DNA from: an uncultured Ectothiorhodospiraceae bacterium
GTDB taxonomy: Bacteria; Pseudomonadota; Gammaproteobacteria; XJ16; Halofilaceae
NCBI GenBank assembly: GCA_964626335.1
Contig: CAZVFN010000001.1
Location: forward strand, 11,482-75,481
DNA length: 64,000 nucleotides
Reading direction: 5' to 3'
Position numbers and translations under genes: made by a program. The notes beneath the pieces were generated by a model. It saw only the letters and a program-made list of their open reading frames with translations. It was not told where the DNA came from and did not search any database. Below, one piece after another: positions 8,786-16,182 of the stretch. Every line of letters begins with the position of its first letter. Within the stretch, counting starts at the first letter, position 1.

Positions 8786-11218
8786 ATGGACCGTTACCCG
8801 GTTGCGATCGTGGGATCCGGCCCGGCCGGGCTGAGTGCAGCCTGCCGGGCCGCGGAGCGGGGCGTCGAGCACATCCTGCTCGAGGGTGCCGACCACTACG
8901 CCCACACGATCTACCGCTACCAGAAGGGCAAGCACGTGATGGCGGAGCCCAACGTGCTGCCGCTGCGCGCACCGATCCCGTTCGATGCCGGCCGGCGCGA
9001 GGAGATCCTCGAGGGCTGGGCATCCGGCGCCGGGGAGAAGGGCGCGAATACCCGCTTCAACGCCTCCGTCAAGGGCATCACGGGTGAGCGCGGCGACTTC
9101 CGCCTGACGCTCGCCGACGGCGCGGAGATCGCGGCCGAGCACGTCGTCCTGGCGATCGGCGTCCAGGGCAACCCGCGCACCCTGGGCCGCCCGGGCGAGG
9201 ACCTGCCCTTCGTCCAGTACCAGCTCGACGATCCCGGGGCCTACAGCGACGAGACGATCGTGGTCGTCGGCGCCGGCGATGCGGCGATCGAGAACGCGCT
9301 CGGCCTCGTCGAGCAGAACCGCGTGATCAGCGTCAATACGCGCGACGAGTTCACGCGCGCCAAGGACGCCAACAACCAGGCCATCCTGCAGGCGATCGAG
9401 AGTGAGTCGACGCCCATGGAGTGCTTCTACAACAGCACCGTGGACCGGGTCGATGCCCTCGAGGACGACAGCGGGTTCGCCGGCCAGATCACGCTCGACA
9501 CCGCCGAGGGCAAGGCCGAGATCAAGTGCCACCGGGTGATCGCCCGCATTGGCGCCATCCCTCCGCGCCGGTTCGTCGAGTCCTGCGGCGTCACGTTCCC
9601 CAACGACGACCCGAACTCCGTCCCGGAGGTCTCCAGCCAGTACGAGTCGAATGTCTCCGGGCTCTACATCATCGGCGCCCTCGCCGGCTATCCGCTGATC
9701 AAGCAGGCCATGAACCAGGGCTACGAGGTCGTCGAGTACATCCTCGGCCACGAAGTCGAGCCCGCCGACACGCCGCTGCTGCGCGACAAGTTCGCCGCCA
9801 TACCCGGTGGCGACGACGTCCCCGCGACGCTCGCACTGATCCAGGAGCGCGTGCCGATGCTCGCGCCGATCACGCAGCTGCAGCTGCGGGAGTTCCTGCT
9901 CGACAGCGACATCCACGCCCCCGCCGAGGGTGACACGATCTTCCGGTACAAGGACTACACCAACTCCATCTACTCGATCCTGCAGGGCGAGGTGCACGTC
10001 CACCCGGGCGATCCGAACGACCCGAAGACACCGCGCGCGGCGATCACTCTCACCCAGGGCCAGTTCTTCGGCGAGATGAGCCTGATCTCCGGGCGCCGGC
10101 GCTCGGCGACCGTGACCGCGGGCCGCGACTGCATCGTCATCGAGAGCTCGCGCCGGTCGCTGCTGACGCTGATGTACTCGGTCGAGGGCGTGCGCCGGGT
10201 GGTCGAGGAGTCCTTCCTGCTGCGCGCCATCCAGTCGCAGATCGCGCCCGGCTGCAGCGCCGAGGACCTGGGCGAGCTGGTGCGCACGGCGACGATCGAG
10301 AAGTACGCGGCCGGCGACGAGATCTTCCACGAGGGCGACGCCGGCGACTGCCTGCAGCTCATCCGCCGGGGCTCGGTGACGGTCTCGCGCCAGATCGGTG
10401 GGCGCGAGGTGGTGCTGGCGTACGTCCCGGCGGGCCAGTACGTCGGGGAGATGGCACTGGTCTCGGACGCGCCGCGTACGGCGACCGTGCGCGCCGCCGT
10501 CGCGACGGAGACGGTGCGCCTCGACGGCGACGCCTTCAAGCGCCTGCTCGAGGAGCACCCGGACGTGCGCAAGCGCGTCCAGCAGGTCTACAAGAACCGG
10601 CTGACCAGCGACATGGACCGCGGCCAGCAGCCCGAGGCCGGCGACATCATCTCGTTCCTGGTGGAGCAGGGCCTGGGCGAGGCCACCGACGTGCTGCTGA
10701 TCGACGAGTCGCTGTGCATCCGCTGCGATTACTGCGAGAGCGCCTGCGCCGATACCCACGGCGGTGTGTCGCGGCTCGACCGCGAGGCCGGCCCGACGTT
10801 CGCCCATGTGCACGTCCCGACCTCCTGCCGTCACTGCGAGCACCCGCACTGCATGAAGGACTGCCCGCCCGACGCGATCCACCGCAATCCCAACGGCGAG
10901 GTGTACATCGACGACACCTGCATCGGCTGTGGCAACTGCGAGAAGAACTGCCCCTACGGCGTGATCCAGATGGGCGTGGAGACCCGCCGCGAGCCCAGCC
11001 TGTGGGCGTGGCTGCTGACGGGGCTGGGCCCCGAGCCGGGCTCCGAGCTCAAGCCGAAGAAGAAGGAAAGCGACCAGAAGAAGGCGGTCAAGTGCGATAT
11101 GTGCAAGGATCTGCCGGGCGGCCCCGCCTGCGTGCGCGCCTGCCCGACCGGCGCGGCCCTGCGCATGAGCCCCGAGGCCTTCTTCGAGATGACGGAGAAC
11201 ACGTCGACGCGTGACTAG
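8786..11218 (+). CDS. Cytoplasmic fusion protein: FAD/NAD(P)-binding oxidoreductase, two cyclic-nucleotide-binding domains and a poly-ferredoxin (4Fe-4S) domain
   Basis: ORF 8690..11218. Start set at ATG 8786 (MDRYPVAIVGSGPAGLS), with GAGGGGGA upstream. Dinucleotide folds VAIVGSGPAG and IVVVGAGDAAIENA. cNMP cassettes FFGEMSLISGRRRSATV and YVGEMALVSDAPRTATV. Fe-S motifs CIRCDYCESAC, CRHCEHPHCMKDCP, CIGCGNCEKNCP, CDMCKD...CVRACP. Confidence 0.85.
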   Translation: MDRYPVAIVGSGPAGLSAACRAAERGVEHILLEGADHYAHTIYRYQKGKHVMAEPNVLPLRAPIPFDAGRREEILEGWASGAGEKGANTRFNASVKGITGERGDFRLTLADGAEIAAEHVVLAIGVQGNPRTLGRPGEDLPFVQYQLDDPGAYSDETIVVVGAGDAAIENALGLVEQNRVISVNTRDEFTRAKDANNQAILQAIESESTPMECFYNSTVDRVDALEDDSGFAGQITLDTAEGKAEIKCHRVIARIGAIPPRRFVESCGVTFPNDDPNSVPEVSSQYESNVSGLYIIGALAGYPLIKQAMNQGYEVVEYILGHEVEPADTPLLRDKFAAIPGGDDVPATLALIQERVPMLAPITQLQLREFLLDSDIHAPAEGDTIFRYKDYTNSIYSILQGEVHVHPGDPNDPKTPRAAITLTQGQFFGEMSLISGRRRSATVTAGRDCIVIESSRRSLLTLMYSVEGVRRVVEESFLLRAIQSQIAPGCSAEDLGELVRTATIEKYAAGDEIFHEGDAGDCLQLIRRGSVTVSRQIGGREVVLAYVPAGQYVGEMALVSDAPRTATVRAAVATETVRLDGDAFKRLLEEHPDVRKRVQQVYKNRLTSDMDRGQQPEAGDIISFLVEQGLGEATDVLLIDESLCIRCDYCESACADTHGGVSRLDREAGPTFAHVHVPTSCRHCEHPHCMKDCPPDAIHRNPNGEVYIDDTCIGCGNCEKNCPYGVIQMGVETRREPSLWAWLLTGLGPEPGSELKPKKKESDQKKAVKCDMCKDLPGGPACVRACPTGAALRMSPEAFFEMTENTSTRD

Positions 11219-11232
11219 GAGCCTGTCCGGGG
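11213..11232 (+). repeat. Solo copy of the motif CTAGGAGCCTGTCCGGG, overlapping the TAG stop of the 8786 gene
   Basis: The same 17-mer forms the left terminal repeat of the element at 39501. A diverged copy (CTAGGCGCCTGTCCG) is at 22014. No matching right end is seen downstream of this copy. Confidence 0.5.
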
Positions 11233-11426
11233 ACGGCATTCCAGGGCGCTGCGCGGGGAACCGGGTCCGCGGCGGGCGCGCGCTGCGCCGGGCTGCGCGC
11301 GGGGGAGTCGGATGACAGCGCCGCTGCACGCGTCGTGCGGCGCCGAAAGAGACCGGCCCACCGCGGCCGGCGGAGAACGAGCCGGGCGCAACCCGGCCAG
11401 AGGGAGCACCGGATGACCGCAGGTCC

Positions 11427-12365
11427 ATGCACGCCTCGTTCCTGACCTACGAGCGCTTCCGCCACCTCAAGCTCGCCCTGGCGCTCGCGCTCGCGGCGAT
11501 CGTGGCCTATGCATGGCACGACCCGGTCGGCGAGCCCAACGGCGGCACCTGGCTCGGCTACACCCTGGGGGGACTCGGGGCGGCGCTGATCCTGCTGCTG
11601 CTGTGGTACGGCGTGCGCAAGCGCCGTTTCCGGTCGCGCATGGGCACCGTCCGCGGCTGGCTGTCGGCGCACGTCTACCTCGGGCTCGTGCTGGTGGTGA
11701 TCGCGACCCTGCACACCGGCTTCGAATTCGGCTGGAACATCCACACGCTCGCCTACGCGCTGATGATCGCGGTGATCGTCAGCGGCATCTACGGCGTCTA
11801 CGCCTACCGCCGCTATCCCAACCTGATGACGGGTAACCGCACCGGCGTCGGTCCCCAGGCGATGCTCGACGAGATCGGCTCGCTCGAGCAGCAGGCCGTC
11901 GAGCTCGCCGACAGCATCGACGACCCGACCCACCAGGTCGTACTGCGCTCGATCCGCAACAACACCATCGGCGGCGGCGTGCGCGACCAGCTGCGCGGCG
12001 GACGCCCGAAGCAGGCGCGCCAGGAGGAAGACCGCGCGGAGGAGTTCCTCGAACAGAAGAACAGGACGCTGGTCGCCGACCTGGAGAAGATCAAGGCGCA
12101 GGAAGCCGACCGCATCATGCGGGCCGAGTCGACCATGCAGTTCGTCGCCGGCCATCTGGCGGCGGCCGAGCCGGGCCAGCAGGTGGAGCGCATCCGCCGC
12201 CTCATGGATCTCCTGTCGCGGCGCCGCGCCCTGGTGCGCCGGCTCAACCAGGACATCCAGCACCGCGCGCTGCTCCAGATCTGGCTGTACCTGCACGTGC
12301 CGCTTTCGCTCGGGCTGCTGGCAGCCCTCGTGGCGCACGTCGTCGCCGTGTTCACCTACTGGTAG
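11427..12365 (+). CDS. Five-TM membrane protein with two H-x13-H helices (candidate di-haem b transmembrane electron carrier) and a long charged coiled-coil insert
   Basis: TM3 reads SAH-VYLGLVLVVIATL-H and the last TM reads LH-VPLSLGLLAALVA-H, each with exactly 13 residues between the histidines. About 150 aa of charged helical sequence separates TM4 from TM5. Weak SD. The stop is 6 nt before the next gene. Confidence 0.6.
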   Translation: MHASFLTYERFRHLKLALALALAAIVAYAWHDPVGEPNGGTWLGYTLGGLGAALILLLLWYGVRKRRFRSRMGTVRGWLSAHVYLGLVLVVIATLHTGFEFGWNIHTLAYALMIAVIVSGIYGVYAYRRYPNLMTGNRTGVGPQAMLDEIGSLEQQAVELADSIDDPTHQVVLRSIRNNTIGGGVRDQLRGGRPKQARQEEDRAEEFLEQKNRTLVADLEKIKAQEADRIMRAESTMQFVAGHLAAAEPGQQVERIRRLMDLLSRRRALVRRLNQDIQHRALLQIWLYLHVPLSLGLLAALVAHVVAVFTYW

Positions 12366-12371
12366 GCCGCC

Positions 12372-14132
12372 ATGCGCGTTCTCGTTCGCCACATTACGCG
12401 CAGGTCGCAGACCGGCCTCGGCCACACCGACAAGACGGTCGCGGGCGACAGCCTCACCATTGGTCGCGGCGCGGACGCGGATGTCTTCCTCTCCGACCTG
12501 CACGTCGCCCTGCACCACGCCGTGCTGCGGCGTGTGTCGAGCGGCAGGTTCAGCGTTCAGGCGCGCACGCCGAGTGGCATCAAGATCAATGGCCGCACGC
12601 TGCAGACCGGCATCGTGCGCGCCGGCGACCGCATCGGCGTCGGCCTCAGCACCCTGCGCCTCGAGCGCGGCGACCAGGAGCACGACGTCGTCCTCGAGGT
12701 CGACGAGGCGCGGACCCGTGGCGGCGAAAAGGCGGACTCCGGGCCGACGACGCTGCGCGCGGCCGGTCTCGGCCGCCGGCGCTGGGCCTGGGCCGCCTTC
12801 CTGGTGGTGCTGGCGATCGGCCTGGGCCTGCCGCTGGCCGAGATATTCGGCGAGCGCGATGGCCTCGCCCTCGACGGCGGCAGCGCCGACGCTGCGGCGC
12901 GCGACGGCGGCGGGATCACGCGACACGTCGACTGGCTGCTGGCGGGCAGCGACCGCATCTGGGAAACCGGGCCGATGAGCAAGCCCCACCGCTCCTTCGG
13001 CGCCGATTGCGGCCAGTGCCACCGGCAGCCGTTCCAGCGCGTGAGCGACGCTGCCTGCCTCGACTGCCACGAGAACCAGCCGCACCACGCCGACGACACC
13101 GGCCTGATGCGGAGCGCCGGGCTCTCCGCTCGGCGCTGCGCGAGCTGCCACGTCGAGCACAGCGGCACCGAGGCCCTGCGCGCCGCCGACGCCGACATCT
13201 GCTCCGACTGCCACTCGGCGCCCGAGAGCAACATGCCGGGCAGCGACCTGCAGGCGGTTTCCGGCTTCGCCGGCGACCGGCACCCGCAGTTCCGCGTGCG
13301 CCTGGTGTCGTTCAACGAGGGGGGCGAGCCCGCCTGGAAGCGCGTGCCCATGGACGGGCCCGTGAGCGAGCAAAGCGGGCTCGCATTCCCCCACGACGCC
13401 CATCTGGCCGCGGACGGCGTAGAGGGTCCACAGGGCAAGGAACAGCTCGCGTGCGGCGACTGCCATCGCCCCGGGCCGACGGGCGTGACGATGCAGCCGG
13501 TGCGTTTCGAGCGCGACTGCCAGCGCTGCCACCAGCTGAACTTCGAGCCCGAGGACCCGGACCGCCAGCTACCCCACGGCCGCCCCGGGCTGGTGGTGTC
13601 GATGCTCGAGGAGTACTACTCGCGGGTCGCGCTCGCGGGCGGCTTCGACCGCGCGGACGCCGAGGTCGACCCCCCGGACGTGGTCGAGCGCGAGCGCACC
13701 GCCTCGAGCGAGCTCGAGGAGGGCGGGCGGCGTGCCGCGCTCGCCTGGGCGCGGGAACAGGCCGGCGTGGTCGCCAGCGAGATGTTCGACTACCGCGCCT
13801 GCAGCACGTGCCACCAGGTCACGCGCACGCCCGATGACCCGGCCGGCTGGCGGGTGCACCCCGTGGCGCTGACGCAGCAGTGGTTCCCGCAGGCGGATTT
13901 CACGCACGCGCGCCACGAGCAGATGGCCTGCAACGACTGCCACGAGGCCGGCGGCTCCGAGGCGGCGAGCGACGTGCTGATGCCCGGGATCGCGACCTGC
14001 CAGGAATGCCACGGCGGTTCCGGGGCGAGCGACCGGATCGCTTCCGGCTGCGTCGATTGCCACGGCTTCCACACGGCGACCGATCTGCGGATGGGGGCGA
14101 ACGATGAGGGGATGGCCCATGCGCAGCGCTAG
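12372..14132 (+). CDS. FHA domain - single TM - periplasmic decahaem cytochrome c fusion
   Basis: N-terminal FHA-like sequence (LTIGRGADADVFLSDLHVALHHAVL...IKINGRTL...GDRIGVG). TM helix WAWAAFLVVLAIGLGLPLA. Ten CXXCH sites follow: CGQCH, CLDCH, CASCH, CSDCH, CGDCH, CQRCH, CSTCH, CNDCH, CQECH, CVDCH. Confidence 0.8.
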   Translation: MRVLVRHITRRSQTGLGHTDKTVAGDSLTIGRGADADVFLSDLHVALHHAVLRRVSSGRFSVQARTPSGIKINGRTLQTGIVRAGDRIGVGLSTLRLERGDQEHDVVLEVDEARTRGGEKADSGPTTLRAAGLGRRRWAWAAFLVVLAIGLGLPLAEIFGERDGLALDGGSADAAARDGGGITRHVDWLLAGSDRIWETGPMSKPHRSFGADCGQCHRQPFQRVSDAACLDCHENQPHHADDTGLMRSAGLSARRCASCHVEHSGTEALRAADADICSDCHSAPESNMPGSDLQAVSGFAGDRHPQFRVRLVSFNEGGEPAWKRVPMDGPVSEQSGLAFPHDAHLAADGVEGPQGKEQLACGDCHRPGPTGVTMQPVRFERDCQRCHQLNFEPEDPDRQLPHGRPGLVVSMLEEYYSRVALAGGFDRADAEVDPPDVVERERTASSELEEGGRRAALAWAREQAGVVASEMFDYRACSTCHQVTRTPDDPAGWRVHPVALTQQWFPQADFTHARHEQMACNDCHEAGGSEAASDVLMPGIATCQECHGGSGASDRIASGCVDCHGFHTATDLRMGANDEGMAHAQR

Positions 14133-16182
14133 CCGGCTACTGCTCGCGACTGCCTGCCTGGCCGGCCTGCTCGCCGCCTGCGGCGGCGGCTCGCGCAGCG
14201 GCGGCTCCGATGCCGGCTCGAGCCAGGACACCGACTGCACCGGCTTTTGCCAGGACGCCGCGACCCGGCTCACGGCGAGCGATGTGCGCACCGTGATCGC
14301 CCAGGCGGCCGCAGAGGCGGACGCCCGCGGCGAGCCCGCGACCATCGCCGTCGTCGATCGCGTCGGCAACGTCCTGGGCCTGTTCCGCATGAACGGGGCC
14401 GACGCCAGCGTCGAGATCACGTCCACGCCCGGCCAGAGCGACGGCGTCGACGGGGGCCTGGAGGGCGTCAACATCATCCCCGACACGCTGGCGGCGATCG
14501 CCAAGGCCGTGACCGGGGCCTACCTCTCGTCCGAGGGCCATGCGTTCACCACCCGCACGGCGAGCCAGATCGTGCAGGCCCACTTCAACCCGGGCGAGGA
14601 CTTCCAGCCCGGGGGCCCGCTGTTCGGCGTGCAGTTCAGCCAGCTGCCCTGCTCGGACCTGGCGACCCGCTTCGACGGCGCCGACCCGATCAATGCCGGT
14701 CCCCACCGCTCGCCGCTGGGCCTGTCCGCCGACGCGGGCGGCCTGCCGCTGTACAAGAACGGCACCCCCGTCGGCGGGATCGGCGTGATCGCCGACGACG
14801 TCTACGGCCTGTCGCCGAAGGAGCTGGGCGGCGACCAGCCAACGAGCGTCGACGAGCTCGCGGCGGTCGCCGGCAGTGCCGGCTTCGCCGCGCCCGCCGC
14901 CCGGCGCGGCAACCGCATCACGGTCGAGGGCAAGCTGCTGCGCTTCGCGGCGGCGCAGCCGGGCGACCTGCGAACGGAGGCGTCGAACGCCCCCGCCTTC
15001 GCCAGCCTGGCCGGCACGACCGCGGCGGTGCCCGGCTACACCGATGGCACGATCCGCGGCGGCACGGCCTTCTCCAAGCCGGAATCGGGCATCCGCGCGA
15101 GTACCCACGCGGCCTTCAGCGGCCAGGACGCATTCGTGCTCGTTGACGATGCCGACAACCCGCGGTTCCCGCCCACGGCGGGCAGCGCCCCCGGCGGCGG
15201 CAACGCGCTCACGCAGAACGAGGTGGAGACGCTCCTCTCGGAGGCCCTCGCGGTCGCCAACCGGAGCCGTGCGCAGATCCGCCGCCCGCTCGGCAGCCGG
15301 GCCCGCGTCACGGTTTCCGTGGTCGACACCGACGGCAATGTCCTCGGCATCGTGCGCGGCCGCGACGCGCCCGTGTTCGGCATCGACGTCTCGCTGCAGA
15401 AGGCCCGGACGGCCGCGTTCTTCTCCGGCAGCGACGCGGCCACCGAGCTGCGGGCCGTGCCCGACGCCGAGTATCTCGACGGCGGCCTGTCGAGCCTGCG
15501 CAACGAGCCGATCAGCCATTACATCGACGGCGACCCGGGCGACGAGCGCCAGACGGGCGTGCGCGCCTTCCTCGGCGAGCCCAGCGCCCTCACCGGCGGT
15601 GTTGCCTTCGCCGACCGCTCCGGCGGCAACCTGTCGCGGCCGTTCTTCCCCGACGGCATCGACGGCAACCGCCACGGGCCCTTCAGCAAGCCGGGCGGCA
15701 TCGAGCCGCCCACGGAGTGGAGCCCGTTCTCCGTGGGCCTGCAGCTCGACCTGGTCTACAACGCCCTGATCCGCCACGTCGGCTTCATCGCCGGAGTGGC
15801 CGGCAGCGACGTGCCGATGAACTGCACGGGCATCCGCGGCCTGACCAACTCCGGTGGTGCCGGCCCCCTGACCCAGGCCGACACGATCGACACGGTGCGC
15901 AACGGCATCCAGATCTTCCCCGGCAGCGTGCCGATCTACCGCGGCAGCACGCTGGTCGGCGGCATCGGCGTCTCCGGCGACGGCATCGAACAGGACGACC
16001 TGATCGCGTTCCTGGGGCTGCACAACGCGGGCGAGAAGCTGGGCACGATCGACAATGCGCCGACGGCGATTCGGGCCGACAAGCTGAGTCCGGTCGACTT
16101 CGGCGTGAATTTGCGCTACGTGCAGTGCCCGCAGAAACCGTTCCTCGACAGCGATGAGCAGACCGTCTGTGAAGGCAAGTAA
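14119..16182 (+). CDS. Lipoprotein with two GlcG/HbpS-like (DUF336, haem-binding-type) domains
   Basis: ORF 14104..16182. Preferred start is ATG 14119 (MRSASRLLLATACLAGLLAAC, lipobox LAAC). DUF336-like segments ATIAVVDRVGNVLGLFRM, VTVSVVDTDGNVLGIVRGRDAPVFGIDVSLQKARTAAFF and PIYRGSTLVGGIGVSGDGIEQDDLIA. The start overlaps the upstream stop. Confidence 0.6.
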   Translation: MRSASRLLLATACLAGLLAACGGGSRSGGSDAGSSQDTDCTGFCQDAATRLTASDVRTVIAQAAAEADARGEPATIAVVDRVGNVLGLFRMNGADASVEITSTPGQSDGVDGGLEGVNIIPDTLAAIAKAVTGAYLSSEGHAFTTRTASQIVQAHFNPGEDFQPGGPLFGVQFSQLPCSDLATRFDGADPINAGPHRSPLGLSADAGGLPLYKNGTPVGGIGVIADDVYGLSPKELGGDQPTSVDELAAVAGSAGFAAPAARRGNRITVEGKLLRFAAAQPGDLRTEASNAPAFASLAGTTAAVPGYTDGTIRGGTAFSKPESGIRASTHAAFSGQDAFVLVDDADNPRFPPTAGSAPGGGNALTQNEVETLLSEALAVANRSRAQIRRPLGSRARVTVSVVDTDGNVLGIVRGRDAPVFGIDVSLQKARTAAFFSGSDAATELRAVPDAEYLDGGLSSLRNEPISHYIDGDPGDERQTGVRAFLGEPSALTGGVAFADRSGGNLSRPFFPDGIDGNRHGPFSKPGGIEPPTEWSPFSVGLQLDLVYNALIRHVGFIAGVAGSDVPMNCTGIRGLTNSGGAGPLTQADTIDTVRNGIQIFPGSVPIYRGSTLVGGIGVSGDGIEQDDLIAFLGLHNAGEKLGTIDNAPTAIRADKLSPVDFGVNLRYVQCPQKPFLDSDEQTVCEGK

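Noticed and set aside
11312-11416. 34-codon upstream ORF with a strong SD (GGGGGAG), ending 11 nt before the weakly SD-preceded start of the H-x13-H membrane protein gene
   Set aside because: The peptide (MTAPLHASCGAERDRP...) has no recognisable features. The SD may be fortuitous in GC-rich DNA. A leader-peptide or translational-coupling role cannot be supported from sequence alone.
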